Of a stretch of 64,000 nt of DNA, positions 45,115-54,787 are shown in pieces; position 1 is the stretch's first letter; every line of letters starts with the position of its first letter. A model generated the notes under the pieces. That model saw nothing but the letters and a program-made list of their open reading frames with translations. It did not search any database and was not told the origin of the DNA. The stretch comes from an uncultured Acidobacteriota bacterium (GTDB taxonomy: Bacteria; Acidobacteriota; Vicinamibacteria; Vicinamibacterales; UBA2999): assembly GCA_963841905.1 (NCBI GenBank), contig CAWJEM010000015.1, positions 50,457 through 114,456 on the forward strand. The letters are read 5' to 3'. A program made the translations under genes and the position numbers.

Positions 45115-45726
45115 CTACTCCATGGACGATCGCGCCCTAGGTACCCCGAGCCGTATCAGCAGGGCGGCCGCGTACTCGTAAAACCTCGAGCGATCGAGCG
45201 GCGGATTCATCCAGCCGTGTGTCACGCAATAGGCTTGCGCATACGGTGCCTGGTGATGGTGTGCGTGACGCTCTGGCGACAAAATGATGCCGCGCGCCTG
45301 CAGCCATCGGACGATGGGCGGTGCGGTGGTCGTATGCGCCCACCCGTGTAGACGATTGGTCACGGCGACCGCGAGAAAGAAGAATGTCACGAACAGTGTC
45401 AGGAAGGTCGCCCAGGCGCTGGCCGGCACCGGAGGTCCGAGCCAGACTGCAACCGTGAGCGGCAAAACCAATCCAAGGCAGTTGTTCCCATTGAGCTCCA
45501 GGAATCCATGGCGCGTCATGGCCAGCGGATCGCGGTGGTGTTCTCGGAAGGGTTGAATCAGCGCAGGCCCGATGACCGCCGTGTCTTCCTCGAAGAAGGT
45601 GTCGCAGAACCAGTGCGCGAGGCCCGATACCCAGTCCGCCGCGCCGTACGCGGCGACGACTGCGAGCCCGGCGAGTCCGATGTCAGAAGAGCTGTCAACT
45701 GCACCCCAGGCACGCCTCGCGAGCAC
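45115..45726 (-). CDS. CarF/TMEM189 (PEDS1)-type lipid desaturase-domain protein
   Basis: DWVSGLAHWFCDTF, IQPFREHHRDPLAMTRHGFLELNGNNCL, NRLHGWAH, ILSPERHAHHHQAPYAQAYCVTHGWMN. Collinear with my recollection of human TMEM189 ([45 protein letters not shown]). Confidence 0.8.
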   Translation of the reverse strand: MLARRAWGAVDSSSDIGLAGLAVVAAYGAADWVSGLAHWFCDTFFEEDTAVIGPALIQPFREHHRDPLAMTRHGFLELNGNNCLGLVLPLTVAVWLGPPVPASAWATFLTLFVTFFFLAVAVTNRLHGWAHTTTAPPIVRWLQARGIILSPERHAHHHQAPYAQAYCVTHGWMNPPLDRSRFYEYAAALLIRLGVPRARSSME

Positions 45727-45810
45727 CAGCCACAGGGCCGAGCTGACGGCGATTCCGGTCGCTTCGAGGCAGACCAGTACCGAAGGAGCGTGGTTGGGCG
45801 CCGTGATCGT

Positions 45811-48501
45811 TCATGGGCTTCGACGGCCGGCGAGCCGCTGCCAGTTGGTGATGGCGTGGACCGGGGGACCGGCGGGTCGTCCTGGCTCGATAACGAGAAA
45901 GCGGGACGCATCCGGCAAGACGGTGTAGAACGGTGAGCTGATCCGGAAGAGTGGCCGCGGCGTGCCGGGCTGGAACGATGGTGCGGTGCGAATCCGCACC
46001 GACATGAGCCTCGAATCGGTTCCAACGAAGAACAGTTCGGTCCCGTTGCGCCCCCACTCCGGGTTGACGCCGCTCCCCTGCGAGACCTTCCAGCGCAGGC
46101 CACTGTTGTCGATCGACTGGATGTACGCCTCGTAGCGGCCGGATTCGTTGGAATCGTAGGCGACCCACCGGCCGTCTGGGGAGAATCGCCCGGATGACTC
46201 ACCGGCCGGTGTCGGGTGGAGCACCGCGGCCTGCGCCGTGCCATCGAGCCTCAATCGCCAGAGGTCCCCGCTCGTGCCGCGGCCCGGCCGGTGAAAGAGC
46301 AGCTCGAGGCCATCGGGCGAGGTATCGGTCGGCTGTTCAATCCCCTCGGTCTTCAAGAGCAGATCGTCACGGCCGCTGTTGAGAACGCGGCGATAGAGGT
46401 CGGGCGGGCCGGCAGCGTCGGATGCGTAGAACAGTGCGGTCCCGTCCCGAGACCATATCGGCGTGCGCTCATCGGCCGGGGAAAAGGTCACGCGCACCGA
46501 CGTCCCCAGCGAACGATCGAACACCCACAGGTCTCCTGTGCCCTGCGCTGGATCGCTGATATCCACGGCCACGCGCGCGCCATCCGCCGAGATGCGGGGC
46601 TCGCCGTAAAGCGCCTCGTCCCCAAGGCGTCCGACCTCGATTCCTTCACGATCCAGCCACACGAGACGGGACGGCGGCGGAGGAGTCCGATATGCCAGCA
46701 TGCCGGTTGTCGAGATCGTGAAGTCTGCGAGGCCGGTGGAACGAAAATAGTGGAAGCGATCGGCGAGCATTGTCGCCTCGCCGGTAAACGTCCGCGCGGC
46801 TGGGTCGAAGGGTTGTGCGAACAAGCCTCCGTCTCGCGCATACAAGAGGTGGCCCGCGCGATCGAACAACGCTCGCGAATCGATGACGCCGATGTCAGCA
46901 CGGTCGCCGCCATCGACGGACGCCGTACGGAGCATGTGGGCCAACGAGCGAGTCGTCTCGTCGACGAGCATTGTGAGATAGAGGAAGTGCCGTCCGTCCG
47001 GCAGGAAGTGCGGCCACATGAGCGCCGCTTCACGCTTGGTGGGATCCACCGCGACCACCTGCGTCGCGTTGCCACCATCCGCGCTCACGTTGAAGATCCC
47101 AGCAGGTCCGCCCTGGGGGGTCATGCCTGAGAACAGAATCGTTCCGCTCGACCCCCACGAGATTCCGCCAGTCGGGAGGGCATCGGCAAGGTCCTGCATG
47201 GCACCACCGCGGACGTCGATCCGTTTGAGCTTACCCTGTGCGAGAAAGGCGATGTAGCGGTTATCGGGCGACCACTCGGGAGACACTGCTCCCTCAGTGC
47301 CCGGGAGCGCCGTCAGCGTGAACGAGTCCATCGCTCGGAGAAACAGTCGGCCTGCACCAACCAGAGCGATCTGCCGGCCGTCGGGTGACAGCGCGACGGT
47401 GTAACCGGCCGGGAAAAACGGCATCGAGGTACCAGTTGGCCCGGGGCCGGCGATGCCCATCTGCAGCGGCGGCTGGCTAGCCACGTCGCCAGCCGAATCC
47501 TGCCGCCACGCGCCCGACAGGAGAAACGCGGCCGCGACAGTTCCGAGCAGGCAACCGAGCCCACATGCCCAGAGCGCGGCTCGGCCCAATCGACCGGGTC
47601 GAACGGGCGCAACGACGGGGATCGACGAGGAGACCGACGAAGCGCGCTCCCGAAGATTGACGAGGTCGCGCGCGAGATCGGCGGTCGAGTCATAACGTTG
47701 CCGCGGATCCTTTTGCAGGCATCGTTCGATGATCCAGACGAGTGGCGCCGGAAGATCCGCGCGACTCGAAGCAAGGGAGGCCGGTTCGTCTTTGATGATC
47801 GCACTCAGCGTCTCGACGGTGCTGGGACCGCGGAACGCCGTCCGCCCCGACAGGAGCTCATAGAGAATCGCACCCAAGGAAAATTGATCGGATCGGAAAT
47901 CGACCGTCGCGCCAGTGGCCTGCTCGGGCGACATGTAGGAGGGAGTTCCGAAGGTCGGTCCGGGGCCAGTCTGGAACGAATCGATGAGCGAATCCGTGGC
48001 GGATTCCTCGGCCTTTCGATCGGGATGGAGCTTCGCCAGGCCGAAGTCGAGGATCTTCACCAGGCCCTCGGGTGTCACCATCACGTTCTCGGGTTTCAGA
48101 TCCCGGTGCACGATGCCAGCCGCGTGTGCGTTGGCCAGTCCTTCGGCAATCTGCGCCGCGACGTTGAGCATCGCCTTGACGGGCATCCCTCCGCGCACGA
48201 TCGTCTCGCGCAGCGATCGTCCCTCGACGAGCTCCATCACCAGGAAGTGCACGCGTCCGTCCACGCCGACGTCGTAGACGGTGACGATGTTGGGGTGCTT
48301 CAGGGCGGAGGCCGCCTGGGCTTCACGGGAGAACCGCGCGAGACGGTCGGGGTCGTCCGCAATCTCCGCGGGCAGAATCTTGATCGCAACCTCACGGCGG
48401 AGCCGCGAATCACGCCCGCGATAGACCTCGCCCATACCGCCGGCGCCCAGACGGGCGACGATGTTGTACGGCCCAAGGCGAGCACCTGGGTTGAGGGACA
48501 T
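45811..48501 (-). CDS. Ser/Thr protein kinase with TM segment and C-terminal TolB-like beta-propeller repeats
   Basis: ATG at complement 48499-48501 (MSLNPGARLGPYNIVARLGAGGMGEVY). AIKIL, HRDLKPENVMV, DFGLAK. Repeated SPDG..IA/F motifs. Confidence 0.85.
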   Translation of the reverse strand: MSLNPGARLGPYNIVARLGAGGMGEVYRGRDSRLRREVAIKILPAEIADDPDRLARFSREAQAASALKHPNIVTVYDVGVDGRVHFLVMELVEGRSLRETIVRGGMPVKAMLNVAAQIAEGLANAHAAGIVHRDLKPENVMVTPEGLVKILDFGLAKLHPDRKAEESATDSLIDSFQTGPGPTFGTPSYMSPEQATGATVDFRSDQFSLGAILYELLSGRTAFRGPSTVETLSAIIKDEPASLASSRADLPAPLVWIIERCLQKDPRQRYDSTADLARDLVNLRERASSVSSSIPVVAPVRPGRLGRAALWACGLGCLLGTVAAAFLLSGAWRQDSAGDVASQPPLQMGIAGPGPTGTSMPFFPAGYTVALSPDGRQIALVGAGRLFLRAMDSFTLTALPGTEGAVSPEWSPDNRYIAFLAQGKLKRIDVRGGAMQDLADALPTGGISWGSSGTILFSGMTPQGGPAGIFNVSADGGNATQVVAVDPTKREAALMWPHFLPDGRHFLYLTMLVDETTRSLAHMLRTASVDGGDRADIGVIDSRALFDRAGHLLYARDGGLFAQPFDPAARTFTGEATMLADRFHYFRSTGLADFTISTTGMLAYRTPPPPSRLVWLDREGIEVGRLGDEALYGEPRISADGARVAVDISDPAQGTGDLWVFDRSLGTSVRVTFSPADERTPIWSRDGTALFYASDAAGPPDLYRRVLNSGRDDLLLKTEGIEQPTDTSPDGLELLFHRPGRGTSGDLWRLRLDGTAQAAVLHPTPAGESSGRFSPDGRWVAYDSNESGRYEAYIQSIDNSGLRWKVSQGSGVNPEWGRNGTELFFVGTDSRLMSVRIRTAPSFQPGTPRPLFRISSPFYTVLPDASRFLVIEPGRPAGPPVHAITNWQRLAGRRSP

Positions 48502-48630
48502 TGCGGGAACGCGTCGAGGATACACGACGGATGGCACCGCGAGCTCGGTTTGGGCGTGGATGCGGGCGTCGAAGATAATGTCGGCGGATGACTGCGTCAA
48601 CCACAACGAAGAGCGAGAAAGAGGGGAGTC

Positions 48631-48951
48631 ATGCCCAAGTTCATGGTCACGGCGTCGTATACCGCCGAAGGAGCCAGAGGGCTCATCAAGGAGGGCGGAT
48701 TGGGGCGGCGGGCTTCGGTTAAGAAGTTGATTGAAGGCCTGGGAGGCAAGGTCGAGGCGTTTTACTTCGCCTATGGGGAGCACGACGCGTTTGTCATTGC
48801 CGACCTGCCTGACGCGGCCTCCGGTCTTGCGTTAAGCCTGGCCGTCAACGCGTCAGGCGCTGTTCGCCTGTCCACCGTCCCACTCATCACGCCCGAAGAA
48901 ATGGACGCCGCGTCCAAGAAAACGGTCGCGTATAAGCCGCCCGGAGCGTAG
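48631..48951 (+). CDS. GYD-domain protein
   Basis: MPKFMVTASYTAEGARGLIKEGG...AFYFAYGEHDAFVIADLPD. RBS GAGGGGAG upstream. Confidence 0.8.
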   Translation: MPKFMVTASYTAEGARGLIKEGGLGRRASVKKLIEGLGGKVEAFYFAYGEHDAFVIADLPDAASGLALSLAVNASGAVRLSTVPLITPEEMDAASKKTVAYKPPGA

Positions 48952-49214
48952 TTGTGTGCGAACCCTGCTGCAGGCATCGTTCAAGCCTCGGCACTTCCAT
49001 CAAGCGCCAGTGACTTGAGGAGCCGCGGACTGAGATCTGACAGACATCCGCGGCTACCCCATCAGTGATCTCCGCTTGAGTACACAGCGGTGCGTCGTGT
49101 TCAGCCGTTCCCATTGAAGTAACGTTGGAAAGGTAGTGCGCAGCGTTGTGCAGAGTCGATAGGGTTTGCCCGCGCGATCTCTCACGAAAGTGCGCAAGCT
49201 CGGGCATACAATAA

Positions 49215-50711
49215 TTGGGCACGGAATCGCCACTGTCGTCGTCCACGCCACGAACCATCGCCCAGCTGACCCACGGGGATCGGGTGGTCATTATCGGCGC
49301 CGGTCCCGCCGGCCTGACGGCGGCGTACCTGCTCGCCAAGCAAGACGCTTACCGCGTGACCGTACTCGAGGGAGACAAGGTGGTCGGCGGCATCTCGCGC
49401 ACAGCCACCTACAAGGGATTTCGCTTCGACATCGGCGGTCACCGCTTCTTCACGAAAATTCGACCGGTCGAGGATCTCTGGCACGAGCTTTTGGGCGGCG
49501 AATTCATTTCCGTGCCGCGGTTGTCGCGCATTCAGTACAACGGTCACTTCTTCGACTATCCGTTGAAGGCTGCCAACGCGCTCCGCGGCCTCGGCGTTCT
49601 GAACGCCGTGCGGATCGTGCTCAGCTATCTCAAGTGGCACTATCGTCCGTATCCGGTCGAAGAAACGTTCGAACAATGGGTGACGAACCGCTTCGGCAAG
49701 CGCCTCTACGAGATCTTTTTCAAGACCTATACCGAAAAGGTGTGGGGCATCCCCTGCACGGAGATCCGCGCCGAATGGGCTGCGCAACGGATTCAAGGCC
49801 TCTCGCTTGCGCGCGCCATTCTCAACGCGACTTCAATCAACAAACGACCATCGACCATCAAGACGCTCATCCACACGTTTCAGTATCCGCGCCTCGGCCC
49901 GGGGCAGATGTGGGAGACCTGTCGCGATCGGGTGGTCGAGCGTGGGCATCAAGTACTGTTGCAGCACGACGTCGATCGAATCGAACTGCAAGGGGGCCGC
50001 GTCTCCAAGGTCTACGCGAACACGCCCGATGGCGAGCGTGCCTTCGAGGCGGAGCATGTCATCTCCACGACCGCCGTGCGGTCGCTGGTGCGGGCCTTGG
50101 CGCCCAGGCCGCCGCTTGAGGTGTGCGAGGCCGCCGAAGGCCTGCGCTATCGGGACTTCCTGGTCGTTGCGCTGATTCTGAATCGGGACAAGCTGTTCCC
50201 CGACAACTGGATTTACATTCACACCCCGGGGGTCAAAGTCGGTCGCATCCAGAACTTCAATAACTGGAGCCCGGCCATGGTGCCGACGCCCGGGATGACG
50301 TGCCTCGGCATGGAGTATTTTTGCTTCGAAGGCGACGGGCTCTGGAGCGCGCGCGACGAGGATCTCATCGCGCAGGCGGGTCGTGAGCTCGAGCAGCTCG
50401 GGCTCGCCCAGCAATCGAGCATCGTGGACGGGACCGTCATCCGCATGCCCAAGGCTTATCCGATCTACGACGCGAGCTACCGGGCGCACCTGATGAAGGT
50501 ACGCGAGTTCGTCGATGCGATTCCGAACCTCCACACCGTCGGGCGCAACGGGATGCACAAGTACAACAACCAGGACCATTCGATGCTGGCCGCCATGATG
50601 ACCGTGTCGAACATGCAGGGCGGCTCGTACGATGTGTGGGACATCAACACGGACATGGACTACCACGAAGAGCAGAAGCTCGAGGCCACGAGCATGAGGG
50701 CGGCGGGATGA
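49215..50711 (+). CDS. NAD(P)/FAD-dependent oxidoreductase (amine-oxidase/UDP-galactopyranose-mutase-like fold)
   Basis: VVIIGAGPAGLTAAYLL...VLEGDKVVGGISRT, FDIGGHRFF. The TTG start at 49215 is uncertain. Confidence 0.8.
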   Translation: MGTESPLSSSTPRTIAQLTHGDRVVIIGAGPAGLTAAYLLAKQDAYRVTVLEGDKVVGGISRTATYKGFRFDIGGHRFFTKIRPVEDLWHELLGGEFISVPRLSRIQYNGHFFDYPLKAANALRGLGVLNAVRIVLSYLKWHYRPYPVEETFEQWVTNRFGKRLYEIFFKTYTEKVWGIPCTEIRAEWAAQRIQGLSLARAILNATSINKRPSTIKTLIHTFQYPRLGPGQMWETCRDRVVERGHQVLLQHDVDRIELQGGRVSKVYANTPDGERAFEAEHVISTTAVRSLVRALAPRPPLEVCEAAEGLRYRDFLVVALILNRDKLFPDNWIYIHTPGVKVGRIQNFNNWSPAMVPTPGMTCLGMEYFCFEGDGLWSARDEDLIAQAGRELEQLGLAQQSSIVDGTVIRMPKAYPIYDASYRAHLMKVREFVDAIPNLHTVGRNGMHKYNNQDHSMLAAMMTVSNMQGGSYDVWDINTDMDYHEEQKLEATSMRAAG

Positions 50712-51127
50712 GCCATGTTAGACTCCGCACCGACAGTCGCGACGGATTGGCGAAAACGACCGTGACCGACCGTCGAGCGCTGGAGCCCATCGAGCTCGAG
50801 CTGGAGCTGGCGTTTGCGCCCATGCACAAGCGTGTGTTGGGCGTGGCCGTCGGCATCACGGCTGCGGCGATGGTCTTTCTCCTCACCGCCTTCCATGTGG
50901 TGGTGCGGCCCAACGGGCTACCCCTCGAGCTGCTCTCGGTGTACTTCTACGGCTACGAGGTGTCGTGGAGCGGAGCGTTTATCGGCGCGGGTTGGGCGTT
51001 TCTGACGGGATTCGTCTACGGCTGGTTCGCCGCGTTCTTGCGCAACGTGGTTATCGCCACCTGGCTCATGATGGTGCGCATCCGAACCCACCTGAATGAA
51101 GCACGGGACTTTCTGGATCACTTGTGA
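50708..51127 (+). CDS. small 2-TM membrane protein (paralogue A)
   Basis: The ATG overlaps the upstream stop (ATGA). VLGVAVGITAAAMVFLLTAFHVV ... LLSVYFYGYEVSWSGAFIGAGWAFLTGFVYGWFAAFLRN. Confidence 0.6.
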   Translation: MSHVRLRTDSRDGLAKTTVTDRRALEPIELELELAFAPMHKRVLGVAVGITAAAMVFLLTAFHVVVRPNGLPLELLSVYFYGYEVSWSGAFIGAGWAFLTGFVYGWFAAFLRNVVIATWLMMVRIRTHLNEARDFLDHL

Positions 51128-51133
51128 TCGATC

Positions 51134-51439
51134 ATGGTTGATCCACTGACCCCCTCGGAAGAGCATGTCGTCCGTAAGGTCATGGCCCGAGCCCACGAGC
51201 AAGGGTGGGGCGTGGCCTTTGGCCTGGTGTGTGGCATCGGGCTCTTTCTCGCCACGGCGATACTCGTGGTGCAGGGTGGTCCGAATCCGGGCCCGCATCT
51301 GGGCTTGCTCCGCGTCTACTTCCCGGGTTACAGCGTGACCTGGCTCGGAAGCGTGATCGGCTTCGTGTATGCCTTCGTTGGTGGCTATGCGATCGGCCGA
51401 ACCGTCGCGACGATCTACAACCGGCTCAGTTCGAAGTGA
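51134..51439 (+). CDS. small 2-TM membrane protein (paralogue B)
   Basis: WGVAFGLVCGIGLFLATAILVV ... LLRVYFPGYSVTWLGSVIGFVYAFVGGYAIGRTVATIYN. Same architecture and motif as 50708..51127. Confidence 0.6.
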   Translation: MVDPLTPSEEHVVRKVMARAHEQGWGVAFGLVCGIGLFLATAILVVQGGPNPGPHLGLLRVYFPGYSVTWLGSVIGFVYAFVGGYAIGRTVATIYNRLSSK

Positions 51440-51455
51440 GAGGAAGATCGCCACG

Positions 51456-52847
51456 ATGAATCATCTGATCATCTCGCGCGAGTATCCGCCGTGCGCCTGT
51501 TCACAGGGCGGCATCGGCACCTACGTCGCGCATGTGGCCCAGCTGCTAGCCGAGCGCGGAGAAACAGTCCATGTCATCGGCGAGCGATGGCAGGGAGCGC
51601 CACTCAGTCGCGAAGTGCGGTGCGACGGCCGCCTGATCGTCCACCGGGTCGCACTCGACCGCCCGCTGCCGGAGGGGGACCAGAAGGTCGACACGTGGGC
51701 GCTGGACGCGATGCGGCATTCGTCCTTTCCTGCGCAGGCGTTTTCGTGGCAGGTGGCGCGTCTGGTTGAATCACTGGTAGAGGCGGCGGACATCGACTGC
51801 ATCGAAGCCCAGGAGTTCGAAGGACCCCTTTACTACTTTCTACTCCGCCGCGCGCTCGGCCTGGGCCCACGGAGACAGCCTCCGTGTTTCGTGCACCTGC
51901 ACTCGTCGATGCAGTTTGTCTGCCATCACAATGGCTGGGATCTCGGATCCGTCGGCGTTGCGATGAAGCGGTTCGAGGATTACGTGATTCAGGCGTCCGA
52001 CGCCGCGCTGTGCCCGAGCCTCTATCTGGTACGTCAATCGGAGCGACACTACGGTTTCCCGGCGGGGTCGATCGCGCGTATCCCCTTACCGAAAGGTGAT
52101 ACGCCGCTGATCGAGCGGACCGCCGAGACGTGGGAGCGCGGCGTGATCACGTACTTCGGGCGCATGGAGGGGCGCAAAGGCGTCTTCGAATGGGTGGACG
52201 CGGCTGTCGCCGTGGCGCGAGAGCGGCCCGGTCTGCGGTTCGAATTGATTGGATGGGACACCCCTTTGACTTGGACGCGGAATATCGAACGGTCGGTTCG
52301 CGACGCTCTCAGACGACGGATTCCAAGCGACCTCGCATCGTCCATTACGCTGCTCGATGGCATGCCGCGGCCGCAGCTGTTCGAGCGGCTCGCGAATGCG
52401 CGCCTTGCCGTCGTGCCGTCGCGCTCGGAGAACTTTCCGAATACCTGTGTGGAGGCGATGGGCACGGGTCTTCCCGTGCTCGCGTCGCCGTGCGGTGGCA
52501 TGGCGGAGATGGTGGAAGATGGGCGGACGGGATGGCTGGCGCGGAGCGCAGCCACCGCCGATCTTGCGGATGCGCTCCGGCGAGCACTCGATACGCCCGC
52601 TGCAACGAAGGCCATCATGGGGCGCGCGGCGGGCGACGCCATTCGGCGCCTCTGCGACAATACTCACACTGTCTCGGAGCACATTGAGTTCCGTCGCGCC
52701 CTCGCGGCACGCGGGCCTGGCCGATCGCGGCGGATTCCCCTTCAGGCTTCGAGCGTCGTCTGGGAGATCGAAGCGCCAGCGTCACCGGCGCGTGAGGGGC
52801 TTGAGACATCCACCAGCGACGGGTGCCCGTCCAAGCGGCGGCGCTGA
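51456..52847 (+). CDS. family-4 glycosyltransferase
   Basis: ATG 51456. MNHLIISREYPP...GGIGTYV, FGRMEGRKG, PSRSENFPNTCVEAMGTGLPVLAS (EX7E region). Confidence 0.85.
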   Translation: MNHLIISREYPPCACSQGGIGTYVAHVAQLLAERGETVHVIGERWQGAPLSREVRCDGRLIVHRVALDRPLPEGDQKVDTWALDAMRHSSFPAQAFSWQVARLVESLVEAADIDCIEAQEFEGPLYYFLLRRALGLGPRRQPPCFVHLHSSMQFVCHHNGWDLGSVGVAMKRFEDYVIQASDAALCPSLYLVRQSERHYGFPAGSIARIPLPKGDTPLIERTAETWERGVITYFGRMEGRKGVFEWVDAAVAVARERPGLRFELIGWDTPLTWTRNIERSVRDALRRRIPSDLASSITLLDGMPRPQLFERLANARLAVVPSRSENFPNTCVEAMGTGLPVLASPCGGMAEMVEDGRTGWLARSAATADLADALRRALDTPAATKAIMGRAAGDAIRRLCDNTHTVSEHIEFRRALAARGPGRSRRIPLQASSVVWEIEAPASPAREGLETSTSDGCPSKRRR

Positions 52848-53652
52848 GGCGGGTGGAGTCGCAGTCGTCATCGCACCGGGGCTCGAGCAGCTGCTCGACG
52901 CCTGCAAGTTGAGCATCGCCGCGCAAACAGTGGCCCCGGCGACGGTGATGATTGACAGCTATCATGCGATCGCGCCGCTTCTGGCATCGACGCCTGGACT
53001 GCGAGGCGTGGCCATGCTGGATGCCGGCTGTCGGCTCGAACCACAGTTCATCGAAACTGTTGAAAACGCGCTCGCGTCAGACGACTCGATCGGTGTGGTG
53101 TGTACATGGCACGACGCTGGACGCCCGTCCCAGATTGCGACTGCGCCCGCGCCGGGCCGCCCCTATCAATGGGTGCGCGATGACGTCGGACGCTGCGCGG
53201 TGTTTCGCGCCGAGGCGCTGAGAGCCGTCGAGGAGATCTTCGCGATCTCGGGCGGCACACTCACACCAGGTGACGTGGCGCTGGCCGTGCTGCTCGCCGG
53301 CTGGAGTGGTGTGCGCTATCCTGCGCTGCTCAGCCGGAGCGTCTACGTCCATGACGTCATGGCCGACGGCCTCGCCGACGCTCTCGCGGCGACCGGTCGT
53401 GCGCGTCTGCTCGCGCTGCTGCAAGCGCGCTTTCCCGCGCAGGTGGCCCAGGACGCGACCGAAGTCCTGCATCTCACCCAGCCACAGTTCGATGGACGTG
53501 CTGAGGCACCGACGCCGAGCGAGTTCATGCAGATGTCGGCGTCGCAGCGACTGGTCCTGGCCCGGCGCGCGCTTCGTGATCCCATGGGCGCGGTGCGGTG
53601 GGCGATCGGACACGGGAAGCGCGCGGTCCGTGAGGTTGGCCGCGCCGAGTGA
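52792..53652 (+). CDS. hypothetical protein with degenerate GT2-like N-terminus
   Basis: C-terminal part of ORF 52357..53652. VAVVIAPGLEQLLDACKLSIAAQTVAPATVMI resembles a GT2 N-terminus. The start (GTG 52792) is a guess that overlaps the upstream gene. Confidence 0.4.
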   Translation: MRGLRHPPATGARPSGGAEAGGVAVVIAPGLEQLLDACKLSIAAQTVAPATVMIDSYHAIAPLLASTPGLRGVAMLDAGCRLEPQFIETVENALASDDSIGVVCTWHDAGRPSQIATAPAPGRPYQWVRDDVGRCAVFRAEALRAVEEIFAISGGTLTPGDVALAVLLAGWSGVRYPALLSRSVYVHDVMADGLADALAATGRARLLALLQARFPAQVAQDATEVLHLTQPQFDGRAEAPTPSEFMQMSASQRLVLARRALRDPMGAVRWAIGHGKRAVREVGRAE

Positions 53653-54728
53653 TCGTCGCGGTGACGCCGATTCGCGTCCGCGCCTTTTACACGCGATATC
53701 CGCATTGGGGCGCCTACTCCGGCTTTCGACAGATGTGTCGGTACCTGAGTCCCGCGGCCGTCGATATCTCGCTGCAACCGGTCTCTGACACCGACGAGGA
53801 CTGGCCCCTCCCTAAGAATCCCTTGAACCGTCCTTTGCGCCGGTACGTCAACCGCCGGGGCATGGCATGGTACAAGCTCAGCGACCTCGCCGCCGAGATT
53901 GCCGTGACCCCGGCCGCGATGACGAACGCCGTGGACATCATTCACTTCCTCGATGGGGAGCACACCGGGCAATACCTTCCGGCTTGGATCAAGCGATGGC
54001 GACGATCTCGCGTGAAGACGGTCGGCACCTTTCACCAGCCGCCAGAGCTCCTGCCTGGTCTCGTGAATCCCAACATTGTCCGGAGTCTCGATCGCGTGAC
54101 CCTGGTCTCGCCCTCGCAGGTGTCGTACTTCCGCGCATTTCTTCCCGCCGAACGGATACAGACGATCCTGCACGGCATCGACGTCGAGTTCTTCCGGCCG
54201 GCCGAGTCGCGCAAGCCCGACGGCATCTTCCGGTGCATTACGGTCGGCCATTGGATGCGGGACTGGCGTGCGATTCGTGCCGTCGCTGAAGCGGTCCGAC
54301 CGCGACGGCACCTGGAGTTTCACACCGTGACAAATCGAGCGACCGGCTTGGAGGGCCTGCCCAACGTCCACCGGCACGAGAACGTCGACGATGAGAGCCT
54401 GCGGGGCTTGTATCAGCAGGCCGACGTGTTGTTTCTACCGCTCGAGAACGCGACCGCGAACAACAGCCTTCTGGAGGGCATCGCGTGTGGGCTGCCCGTG
54501 GTGTCCACACGGATCGAGTCGGTCCTGGCGTATGTCGACGAGACTGCGGCTGACCTCGTCGCCGGCAACGAACCCGAAGCCCTGGCAGCCGCAATCTGCC
54601 GACTGGATGACGACCCGGACCGGCGCGCCAGGATGGCCGCGGCGGCGCGGGCGAGAGCCGAGGCTTTGGCGTGGTCACGGATCGCCGCGGAGTGGGAAGA
54701 TCTGTACGCTTCCATGCTCGTGTCCTGA
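53649..54728 (+). CDS. family-4 glycosyltransferase
   Basis: The start overlaps the upstream stop (GTGA). LYQQADVLFLPLENATANNSLLEGIACGLPVVST. Confidence 0.8.
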   Translation: MIVAVTPIRVRAFYTRYPHWGAYSGFRQMCRYLSPAAVDISLQPVSDTDEDWPLPKNPLNRPLRRYVNRRGMAWYKLSDLAAEIAVTPAAMTNAVDIIHFLDGEHTGQYLPAWIKRWRRSRVKTVGTFHQPPELLPGLVNPNIVRSLDRVTLVSPSQVSYFRAFLPAERIQTILHGIDVEFFRPAESRKPDGIFRCITVGHWMRDWRAIRAVAEAVRPRRHLEFHTVTNRATGLEGLPNVHRHENVDDESLRGLYQQADVLFLPLENATANNSLLEGIACGLPVVSTRIESVLAYVDETAADLVAGNEPEALAAAICRLDDDPDRRARMAAAARARAEALAWSRIAAEWEDLYASMLVS

Positions 54729-54787
54729 CCGCGTGGTTCGTGACACAACTGCCGGGCGGCACGCCTGCGAGCACCTGCTTGAAGCGG

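Noticed and set aside
48502-48783. 94-codon N-terminal extension of the Ser/Thr kinase ORF
   Set aside because: The extension has no kinase or signal features and overlaps the well-formed plus-strand GYD-domain gene (48631..48951). The kinase subdomain I begins right after the ATG at 48501.
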